Positions 24,868 to 34,983 of a stretch of 64,000 bases of DNA are shown one piece after another. Under the pieces are notes generated by a model. It saw only the letters and a program-made list of their open reading frames with translations, was not told the origin of the DNA and ran no database searches. The number at the start of each line of letters is the position of its first letter. The first letter of the stretch is position 1. This DNA is from Asterias rubens (lineage: Eukaryota), in the NCBI RefSeq assembly GCF_902459465.1, contig NC_047063.1, forward strand, positions 15,066,001 to 15,130,000. The letters run 5' to 3'. The position numbers and the translations under genes are program-made.

Positions 24868-25397
24868 TTGAAGGGACACTATTGGTAATTAATCAAAATA
24901 ATTATTAGCATAAAACCTTAAGTTATGGGGAGAGGTTGACAGTATAAAACATTGTAAGAAATTTTACACGTATTTGATTTCTAGACCACACGTTTAGAAT
25001 TTGAGGTCTCGACATCAAGTTGAAAGCACACAAGTCTGTGTGACAAGGCACACAAGTCCGTGTGACAAGGCACACAAGTCCGTGTGACAAGGCACACAAG
25101 TCCGTGTGACAAGGCACACAAGTCCGTGTGACAAGGCACACAAGTCCGTGTGACAAGGCACACAAGTCCGTGTGACAAGGCACACAAGTCCGTGTGACAA
25201 GGCACACAAGTCCGTGTGACAAGGCACACAAGTCCGTGTGACAAGGCACACAAGTCCGTGTGACAAGGCACACAAGTCCGTGTGACAAGGGTGTTTTTTC
25301 TTTCATTATTATCTCGAAGATTCGATGACCGATTGAGCTCAAATTTTCACAGGTTTGTTATTTTATGCATATGCTGAGATACTGCAAGTGAGAAGAC
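24868..25397 (-). mobile_element. MITE family B, inverted, with an internal 22-bp tandem expansion
   Basis: Family B sequence on both sides of the array; one end truncated. Confidence 0.85.
25026..25289. repeat. 22-bp minisatellite, 12 copies
   Basis: GCACACAAGTCCGTGTGACAAG x12, one substitution in the first unit. Confidence 0.98.
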
Positions 25398-26414
25398 ATT
25401 TACATCCTCTATTCTTAATTCAAGTCTTCTTTCACAATTGATTAAGAGTCACCATGAATTAAATCATGTTCTTGAGAAGGGTTTCAAATTGTAACCACGT
25501 ATTATGTAAAAACTCCTTACAGTAGAATAAAGCAAGACAGTTCCCTAAGAACAACTCTACCTGGCAAGTAGATACACACATGGTGTTACCGCAAACCAAA
25601 TATACATTGATACCTCACCATGCAATGCCTCAAATCCTATATAAAAACTCCTTGTTGTTTACTATTAGAGGTATGCTCCAAGTTCTTAAAAAAGAAAATT
25701 AATTCAGTCAGATTAAAGCATCAACCCCCGAAAAAGAATCTGATCCACTGCACATGACGTTGTATGAATTACACTCAGGCGATCAAATGCTTTAATCCTC
25801 ATAAATAGGAAATTACAAAAGTTAGCATTTGAGCGTAGCAGCAGGAGCCAGGGTTTAACTGTACTGTCTAGCCCCGAGCATTCTAAGCGTAATCAACCAA
25901 ACTGCTGATGTACGTGGCTAACCAAAAGGTCAATCACCCATGCCTAGAGGCAATACCTAACAAATAAAGATTACGTGTTGACGGCATTTTTCCAAGTGAA
26001 CTATTTGACTGCGTAGTAAGCTGTGGCAGGTCTCTAATCAAACTGGACTAGTAACGAGTTGATCTGCTTAGAGCCAAAAGATGCTGGATTACAAATTATG
26101 AACATGTCACCATGATTTTCAATGTGAGTGTCAAACCAGTCGGTTTAACTTGCATTTTCATGTTTGGCTTTCTACATGGATGCCTTTTGACTCTCCAGTA
26201 TATGTAGAAGTAGGTCTATCAATTTAAATATGAAAATAACATCCAGTGTTAAGTGTGTGATGTGGGGGAATGTGCCTCCCCTCATAGTTGCACTCTATCA
26301 AAACAATATTCACTGTTATGTAAAACCTACAGTCATGTTTCAACGCAAGTTGCTGGTACCTGCACACTGACCATTTTATAATAGTCCATGCTCGTGTAAA
26401 TGTAGGTATATTTT

Positions 26415-26692
26415 ATAAGATATGTTAAATTTGCATCAGGGATAAAGAATATTAATTTTGGTTTTTACCCATACACCGATGTGTGTTAGCACTGTATATA
26501 CTCAGTACTTTCCTGAGTCCTGTGAAAAAATATCACAGGCATATTACTGGGGTGGGGTTCAAACCCACGACCCTTGCAATTCTAGAGCAGTGTCTTACCA
26601 ACTATAATAGACTACCGTGGTTGCCCAGGCAGTTCGAATCCTATGTTTTGGCAGCGGGTACCGCAACGATAAAGAGATGTCAACGATAAGAG
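26415..26692 (-). mobile_element. tRNA-derived SINE-like element, full length, 15-bp TSD
   Basis: A/B-box-like head (tagttggtaagacactgctctagaattgcaagggtcgtgggtttgaacccc); flanked by ATGTAGGTATATTTT at 26400-26414 and 26693-26707. Confidence 0.85.
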
Positions 26693-26894
26693 ATGTAGGT
26701 ATATTTTGTTATTACTGACATGATTTCAGTATGAACTGTCGATGAATGTAGAAGTTCACGCTAACAATCATCCGAGTAAAATTCTGTCTGGGTAATTGTC
26801 AAAATTGCTGGAACGGTCAATCGAAGACCCTTCACATGGATGCAAGTCTTTGCACACCTTCAAAACTTTTTGGAACTACTTTGGTCCGTTGTGT

Positions 26895-27068
26895 CAGGCC
26901 TGGAATATCAATTCTAAAAGGGCAAGGCTATTTTCACTTTGCTAAGAGCACTTCCATTGCAAAATCTTGATGTCAATGGGAAGCTTATATGAAAGGGCAC
27001 CAAGGCCAAAACAGGGGCAACATTACAGGGACCATTGCTTCTGTGGCCTCATTGTAATTCCAGACCTG
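26895..27068. mobile_element. Small element with CAGG termini (hAT-like)
   Basis: caggcctggaat / attccagacctg; no TSD seen. Confidence 0.5.
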
Positions 27069-27582
27069 TTAACACATGAAGGAAACAAACTGGCGCACTT
27101 TTACAGGGCCCCAAAGTTCAAGCACGCACAAGACTTGCAGCCTATACCAACTGCTTATTTTGATTGTCGCAATCAAAATAAGCCTGATAATAAGAACCTG
27201 CCTGAAAATCCTAACATAACATAAACTGTTTATTCAGTGTTAGACCAGTCGGTTTGCCACAGGTTAGTTGTCCGAAGGATTGAATGTGTTTACTGAAAAC
27301 TAGAGAGCAAGAAATGATAATCAACTCTTCCCTAAAACAATGATGTACTTTGTGCATCTTAAGATGAGATGTCAATATCACAGGCAATAACTTGTATTAT
27401 GGAAGAAAACACTTTTCTTTATGATTATAGATCCATTAGCCCAATTGCATGGCTAGATGCTTTATGTATTCTGTGCTAAAAATTCATTTTACGTTGTGGT
27501 GTAAGCACCCATCACACTTTGAGGGTGAGGTGGCCACAGACTCAATTCCATGCCGAAATGATGATGTGTTAACAAAAGCGTG

Positions 27583-27946
27583 TTAAAGCCATTATACACT
27601 TTCGATAAATAGTATTGTCCAAGTCCCACACTTTGTGTATCACAACTTATATATAAAATAACAAACCTGTGAAAATTTAGGCGTCATCGGAGTCGGGAGA
27701 AAATACCGGGAAAACCCACTCTTGTTTCCGCATGTTTCGCCCTGTCATGACATATTATGTTTAAAATAAATCTGTTATTCTCGAGAATTGATATTGTTTT
27801 AATGTTTTCTCAAAAAGTAAAGCATTTCAAGGAATAATATTTCAAGAGAGTCTTTCACTATTACCTTCTGTAAACCCTGTAAGTTATTTGTAAATCTGTG
27901 AACTTTTGTTCTTCTTTTCTGTACCGAAAGTGTATAACGGCTTTAA
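27583..27946 (+). mobile_element. Kolobok/T2-type MITE family C
   Basis: ttaaagccattatacactttcg...cgaaagtgtataacggctttaa. Confidence 0.9.
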
Positions 27947-29163
27947 GCAGTGGCTTAAAAATGGTCCCTTCTGAGTTTTTTAGCAATGTTATTCCACATC
28001 ACACATAGAGGAAGAACACTCTAGTGTTTTTGTTTTTTAAAGCAGATCATTTATTGTGTACATACTGTACGGTGGCTCAATACTGCTGCATCTGCATCTG
28101 CCCCCCCCCTCCCCTTGTAAATATTCTTTTCCTATAAGAGTTACCAGGGCTGTTTGTTTAAAGGTTTTTACACCCCCCCCCCACCCCCAAGACAACACCT
28201 TTATCAAATTTGTTTGTGCTAGACAAATGTTGGTCATATTACAATGACCACTTAGCCTTTACCAATATTTTGATGTGATAAGACGCGCTAACTCCAAGTG
28301 ATGTGATCTGCACTTTATATTACTGGCACATTTTTTCCCCCTGGTGCCAGCCATCACAGTCCTGTCGTCGTGTGTCCCCCCCCCCCCTTCCAGTTTGTTC
28401 TCAACTTTCCTATGTGATATTTTGTCTGTAAACACGCAATTGATGGACAGGCGCAACACCCAGATGATGACACCTGCTTTCCATTTCATTCGGGTTCGCT
28501 GTCTAAATGTTATTATTGCACGTTTCTTGAATCTTGGCGCAGATGACAAGTCAACAGTGGCTGGGCTGGCGCATATACAAAGGCCGGGGTCACTCTTACG
28601 CAGGCTTCTTGGCAAAAACTTAATTATATCTTCGCGTCTCGGTTTGCTGCTGGAAATGCTTTCAGTAATATTATTGTCTGGATTTTTCGAGCGAACGGAC
28701 ATGACGGACATGACGGACAATCAACGAGATGAAAACAACTCAACAATCAACCAGACATAACCTAAATAGAGCTGAGTTAGCGGATAACGCTAGACGGTCT
28801 GTTGAGGACCTGCCTAACGGTTTCAAGACATTGTTTGTTTGTTTGTTTGTTGGTTTGTTTGTTCACTTGTACATTTGTTTAGAGATCTTCCCATCAAGGG
28901 AACTCGGCAAACTCTCCCAGTGGGATATAAACACTAAGCTGCCAACATCAGCAAATCTCTCTCATACAAAAATTGATTTAATGTTTATGATTATGAATTG
29001 CACAAAATCAAGAAATTGTGATTCATAAACAAGACGACAATACTTATTGAAGCCATTGTGAAATCAGATGTTAGCTTGGGGGGTTTAAACCCACAAGCTT
29101 GTAATTGTAAGTCCTGTGGTCTGTACCCAAATCAAAGAACAAAATTTTCAAACATTTACACTT

Positions 29164-29542
29164 TTAAAGTCATTGGACACTTTCGGTAAACAGTATTGTC
29201 CAAGTCCCACACTTCGTGTATCATAACTTATACATAAAATAACAAACCTGTGAAAATTTAGGCTCAATCGGTCATCGGAGTCGGGAGAAAATAATGGGAA
29301 AACCCACCCTTGGTTTCCGCACGTTTCGCCGTGTCATGACATGTGTTTAAAATAAATCGGTAATTCTCGATATCGAGAATTGATAATATTATTGTTTTAA
29401 TGTTTTCTCAAAAAGTAAAGCATTTATGGAATAATATTTCAAGAGAAGTGTTTCACCATTACCTTCTGTAAACCCTGTAAATTATTTGTAAATCTGTGAA
29501 CTTTTATTTTTGTTCTGTACCAAAAGTGTATAATGGCTTTAA
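29164..29542 (+). mobile_element. MITE family C
   Basis: TTAA ends; colinear with 27583-27946. Confidence 0.9.
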
Positions 29543-30262
29543 AATTAACCACTTTTTGTAGCTAATATTAAAAAAGTAAATCCATTCTGGTGGTGTTATA
29601 CGAAAGTATATTTGTGCACCTTATAGTAAGCTAGACAATGTTGTCACTGATGGTTTTAACTACAAACACTGATTACTTTAAATAGAAACTGCCCTGCATG
29701 ATAGCATGAAGTTTTGTAGAAAAGACTATAATTCTACTGAAGTATAGAAAGTAAATTACTTTGAAAACGAGAACATGGACAATCTTGACTTTTCAATCAG
29801 TTAAGATTAAGAAATCAATTTATCCTCGTTTGCTCCTGTTGCATAGATCCAAGTTATTGTTCTATCAATACAACTAAAGAATTGTACCATGTAAATTTAA
29901 TCTCGCGGGAGCACTCTACACAGCTTCTGTATGATGATCATGGTTCTTAGTCTTCTTCCATATGACTGCATCCTCGCACTGGCATGCATGGTGAGGTATC
30001 AATGTATATTATTGGTTTGCTGTTAATGGATGTGTACTTTGTTGTGTAGATTGTGTTCTTTAAAGAACATGTCTTGCTTTTTCTTGGAATTCGGGAGACC
30101 TGAGTAGATTTTCTGATTTCCGGAGACATCTGAAGAGAGCTGTTTATTAACTACTAGCAGGCCGGAAGGTAGAAAATCCAGCCGGGACTACTACTCCTGC
30201 TTAGTGGATTGAGGGGACTTTTGTTATTAACTTCATTGCCACAAGGAGTGAACTCTTAATGG

Positions 30263-30304
30263 TCTCAACGTTTCGACTAGCCTGCTCTACTCATCATCAG
30301 GAGA
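30263..30304 (-). ncRNA. Minimal type I hammerhead ribozyme motif (Penelope/retrozyme-type relic)
   Basis: Minus strand reads TCTC-CTGATGA-T-GAGTAG-agcagg-CTAGTC-GAAA-C-GT-T-GAGA. It has the CUGANGA and GAAA core boxes, a stem II with 5 of 6 pairs, a palindromic stem III (AACGTT), a GUU triplet and stem I TCTC/GAGA. Confidence 0.65.
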
Positions 30305-30856
30305 ATGTAGATTCTAAGCTTGACAGTTTATGCAAATATATGATAATGACTTCCTCTTCGGTTTATGATTGCTTCTGCATGGGTACTCTGTGTTTGCACG
30401 GGGTTGGAACATCTAAGAGTACTCAGCAGTCAAAGACTGTTACAATATGAAGAAACTCAAGGACACGTTCAATATTGGAAACAATCAAGATTAACAAGAT
30501 GATGTCTGATCAAGGACAAGGACAAGAGCGAATAAAGGGTCGTTTGCTTTTATGATCTTTTCTCCAGGTGTCTTTAGTGTGAGCTAAAGGAAGAGAATCA
30601 TTCGTTTTTTGTGCCTTATTTATGAAAGCCCTTATATTGTCAAATATTTTCAAGCAATTGCTGAAAATGTTGAAACGAGTTTAAGACATAAATCCCTTCA
30701 TACTCTGCATAATTGAAAGATATCTGTGAGACTCGGACTCAATGTTTGAACATCTTTTTTTATAGACAAAGATGGCCCTACACTGAAATCACTGGCCTCG
30801 GGTCAGTGGTCCAGTAAAAAGTTCGAGCCCTGAAACCTATAAGTTTGTTGACTTAC

Positions 30857-31279
30857 CACAATACCTGCCCAGTACGGGGCATCCCTTGTCTTGACGGATG
30901 GCGTCATCAAGTGCATTGTGACTCCAAAGACCATGATGGTAAAGCCTAACAACAGCTGTAATGTAACGAGGCACACCGGCAGGGTACAACACTGTAGGTC
31001 ATACTTGGGCTTACTTGGCACATTGGATACTTTCCGAACCGGCGTGGCTGGGTTGGGCATTCGTTGGAGATCGGACTGGATGCTGTCCAGATGAGAATGA
31101 TCAGCGGGGACCGGGGTCGACAGAGAGGGCTCCAGGGAGGTGTAGCGCAACTCCGGGGAACTGGAACTCCGGGAGCTGCGAGACATTCGCGCCACGGACA
31201 ACGGTGCCGTGGACCGAGAACTATTAGACTCGTCACAGTCCGGCATGGTTAACGTCGCCTCGGGTGCTTCACCATGCAT
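30857..31279 (-). CDS. SSPN: Sarcospan-like (CD20/MS4A-family four-TM protein), first coding exon (141 aa)
   Basis: The C-terminal part, CCTLPVCLVTLQLLLGFTIMVFGVTMHLMTPSVKTRDAPYWAGIV, matches human sarcospan as recalled from memory (CRFPLLLALLQLALGIAVTVVGFLMASISSSLLVRDTPFWAGII). Phase-0 donor GTG|GTAAGT at 30856. Upstream acceptor tcctttctctcacctctgatttgcag at 31343, with an in-frame TAG before the ATG at 31279. GC-rich relative to the flanks. Confidence 0.85.
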
Positions 31280-31778
31280 CGTGTGCTTCTTACTGGGTGT
31301 GGTGTGTGTAGTGATATCATTGATGTAGAAGCATTGCTACTCCTGCAAATCAGAGGTGAGAGAAAGGATAATAAATGACATTGAGACGTGATCTGATCAT
31401 GAAGCTGATTAATGAGGCTGGACATGGAACTGTTACTTCCATATTATCTTAGGTCTGTAGCGACACTATACGTGATGGCGCAGGATTAACATTTACAAAT
31501 GGAAGAGTACAGCATCCCTCACCCCACTCGACCTGCACCTACTAATGCTGATTGAAATGGTGAATTGGAGAAACATGTAATGAGATCCTGAGAATGAGTT
31601 TCCTTTTTTCACCGCTCTGTAAAAACTAAAACAGCGTAATCAAAAAACAATTTATAGACAATTTTGTATGTTGAGAGCAACTTGCGGACATTGTTTTTTG
31701 CATTTCATCTTTTCTACAACCTATATGTAACATTTGACGGTAAGATTGATAATGTGGCCTGGCAATTCTTTAACTCAC

Positions 31779-32087
31779 CGACTTAAAACATGACAATCAA
31801 TGTCTTTCAAATTATATTAACCACATCTTCACATCACCTAGGCTATTCAGGTTTTACCATTGACATTTCTGTTGGACTCAATCACTCTCGAAAATGTTCA
31901 ACAGCTCACTTCTTTACGTCTCTAAATGAGGTCACAACTGACTTCATTACTCCTAGAGACGCTGCATCCAGGACTGACTGCATCCCAGTTATAAGTTTGA
32001 ACATCAAATCTCAAAATGATGAGACAAACATCACAAGAACATCCCTCTCAGACAACCAGCCTCTTCTCTTCTTCATCAAACACACAT
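31779..32087 (-). other. Probable 5'UTR exon of the SSPN-like gene
   Basis: Strong donor TCG|GTGAGT at 31778, 436 bp upstream of the 31343 acceptor. Possible acceptor atttacag at 32088. No sustained minus-strand reading frame. The 5' boundary is uncertain. Confidence 0.45.
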
Positions 32088-32944
32088 CTGTAAATCTAAG
32101 TCTGCTAGTAATTCATAGTTGCAGATGCATTTGTCCATGGCAATCATTTCATTATACGAGAACAGCTGCTCATGAGGTAATGATAATGGGCACGTGTGTT
32201 CACTTAGTCAGCAGTTGTGCTTCATATAACAATTTATCCTCTACATTGCATATGCTGCACAGTTTGTAAAGCGAAACAGTCTATTTTAAAAATTACTTCC
32301 GAGAAATGAGATTCAAGTTTCGGTTCAAATTAAATTCCTGATTAAGAAACCTTTTTTATTGTAGCAAGTCTGGTTGAGTCAGTTCTGAATCCATTTGAAA
32401 GTTTGTCATATTGTATGTTTTCAATTACGGTTTATTCTTCCCGTCTCGCCATAACCGCTCCAGATTTTTCGATGAAATTTTAAAAACGCTATCACCTTTT
32501 GAACTGAAATTTTCACAGATTCTTATTTTGTATTGTATCATATATACATTTATATTGAATGAAGACAATCAAGCGGTTCTAAAACCAAAGGTATGCTTTG
32601 CCTTTAAAGAGAAAGTAGACTTGTTTTTGAAAGATTAATGCCAATTAACTCCTTCAAATTCAGCGGCCATGTAATTTTGTTTTATGTTTTGTCATTCATT
32701 GTTTGTGCATTCATATCGGGCTGACTGTCCACTCAATATTTTCAATTGTGGTTTTATTGGTCTTCAAATGACATTTCCTTGAATTGAGAATAGTAATTCA
32801 TAGTAATTGTGACATCAATTCCTCTCTGGAGGATTGCTATTGGTGTGATTCAAGATGGACATAATTCTCTGGAGGATACTGGTATGAGCTTTGTTTGTCA
32901 GAGTGAACTTTCAGACGAATATATTTCTTTAGAAGATTGGTACT

Positions 32945-33149
32945 ATTTTATCATTGCGGTACCCGCTGCCTCTAACTACCAGGCATTCTCGTTAGTCTAG
33001 TTAGTAAGACACTGCTCTAGAATTGCAAGGATCGTGGGTTTGAAACCCACCTTGGTAAAATGCCTAGGTGCATTTTTTTTACAGGACTTGGGAAAGTACT
33101 GAGCATACAGTGCTAACACACACCAGTGTATGGGTAAAAAAACAAAATT
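32945..33149 (+). mobile_element. Same SINE family as 26415-26692
   Basis: Colinear head and body; flanks aagattggtact / aagattgggact (11 of 12). Confidence 0.85.
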
Positions 33150-33669
33150 AAGATTGGGACTGTTATGAACTGTTATATTAGCGTTCAAATGGAAATATTT
33201 CTTTGGAGGATTGGTACTGGTATGAACTTTGCAATCAGTGAGCTTTCAGATGGAAACAGCTCCTTGGAGAATTAGTACTATGAACTTTAAAATCAGTGAG
33301 CTTCCAGATGATCCAAAAGAGACTGCTCTGCATCCATCAATGTTAAAACCTTATTTGGTGCTTGTGTATGTGAAAATGCAAATATTTGACGCAATCCTTT
33401 TCAACAAGGAACAAGGAACCTGCATAGATTTTACCAAACTCTTCCTAACTTAGGATTTATCCTAGGACTTAGTAAGAATTAAATTCCATATCCGAAGTTA
33501 CTCGTCCTGACTCGAGAAAGGATTAATCCTAGCGTTTCGTGAAATCGGCTGAAGGTGCAATATATCCTAATGCTTTTTTCGGGGAGGGGGGGGGGGGGGT
33601 GGGGGGTCTGTAATTTTTTTTGATATTTATTTGGATATTTCAAAGTCGCACTTCAAGGTGCTATGATTG

Positions 33670-33790
33670 CGCAAAGCATGGGGAGTGGCAGAGCGAGATC
33701 GTCCCCACAGGGAATGAGGTTGATACTGACAAGGCATGGGGAGTGGCGTAGCGAGATCATAACTGGGAATGAGGTTGACACTGAAGATGC
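33670..33790. repeat. 58-bp tandem repeat x2, next to a poly-G tract (33581-33606)
   Basis: gcatggggagtggc...agcgagatc...gggaatgaggttga at 33676 and 33734. Confidence 0.85.
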
Positions 33791-34302
33791 ATGAGGTCCC
33801 ATGCCTGAGACAGGTCATTATCTTATTCATTCTCTTTTTCAAATCTACCATCACCATGAACCCTCAAGATTAAAGATAGCATACTGAAGCCACTTTGCTC
33901 AAAGCAAAGTCTTCGTTACTATCAGTTCAAAGTCCACAGTCCAAAGACAAATAACGTGTTGGTTATGAATGGCTTCCTTCACGCCTATTTTAACTCCACT
34001 CTCTCTGAAGAAAAAAAAACACCTCTCGCGCTCCATATGCAAAAAAAAACAAGTGAGATTTCAAAAATTTAAGACTGTAATACATAGGAATGATTCTAGC
34101 AGATCAAAAATTGCTATCGATAACATCCAAAATAATAATTTCATCCCTGATTTGTAAAGTGAGTTTGTCAATCACCATAAGAAATAGTTCTCTAGTGCTT
34201 AATGTTTTTTTGTACATAATCTTCAAGGAAAGCAAAACCCACTTTCAAGTCCACATTGACAGTTTACCTTGTATTTCAAGAACTGCTTGATAATACAACC
34301 AC

Positions 34303-34472
34303 CGGGCTAGCTCGGTGTTCTAGTGGTAGATATCTGCTCTAGCAATGCAAAGGTCGTGGGTTTGAATCCCACCCCCACCCGAAAGATTTGCCTGTGACAT
34401 TTTTCACAGAATTTGGGAAAGTACCGAGTACACAGTGCTTGTCCACATCAATGTCATGGTAAAAAACAAAAC
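34303..34472 (+). mobile_element. Same SINE family, diverged
   Basis: ctctagcaatgcaaaggtcgtgggtttgaatcccacc...gggaaagtaccgagtacacagtgct. Confidence 0.75.
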
Positions 34473-34592
34473 TACACCCTTTTTTTAAGCAAAATTAACA
34501 TCTTAAATTTATTATTGTGTATCTGAAATGTTAAAGATAACTGTTATTTGCATTGATATGTCTGTCCCACTCTCAATTCAATGTTTCATTTA

Positions 34593-34983
34593 TTAAAGAC
34601 ACTGGACACTATTGGTAATTGTCAAAGACCAGTCTTCTCACTAGGTGTATCTCAACAAGTGCCTAAAATAACAAACCTGTGAAAATTTTTAGCTCAATTG
34701 GACATTGAGGTTGCGAGATAATTATAATGAAAAAAAAAACCACCCATGTCACACAAAGTTTATGTGCTTTCAGATGCTTGATTTCGGGACCTCAAATTCT
34801 AAATCTGAGGTCTTGAATTCTAAGAATGGAAAATTACTTCTTTCTCGAAAACCCTGTCACTTCAGAGGGAGCCGTTTCTCACAATGTTTTTTACTATCAA
34901 CTTCTCCCCATTACTTGTTACCAAGTCAGGTTTTATGATAATAATTATATTGAGTAATTACCAATAGTGTCCACTGCCTTTAA
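34593..34983 (+). mobile_element. MITE family B, full length
   Basis: ttaaagacactggacactattggtaatt...aattaccaatagtgtccactgcctttaa. Confidence 0.92.

Noticed and set aside
24923-25342. Three Cys/His-rich ORFs resembling metallothionein or zinc-finger repeats
   Set aside because: They are translations of the 22-bp minisatellite inside a MITE.
26560-26630. tRNA gene (also at 6700, 8360, 33000, 34320, 45300, 49010)
   Set aside because: Only degenerate A/B boxes, no complete cloverleaf, and each continues into shared SINE body sequence.
30803-30856. ORF-track C-terminal tail VSQQTYRFQGSNFLLDH
   Set aside because: Intron read-through past the GTAAGT donor at 30856.
30891-31252. Several ORFs overlapping the SSPN exon
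   Set aside because: Shadow frames of a GC-rich real exon.
31790-32269. 159-aa plus-strand ORF
   Set aside because: No recognisable domain; it is antisense to the likely SSPN 5'UTR exon.
33581-33606. Poly-G tracts as functional G-quadruplexes (also near 28100, 28376, 41838, 47288, 52404, 53967, 54115)
   Set aside because: Simple homopolymers scattered with no consistent position; the sequence alone gives no support for function, and run lengths are error-prone.
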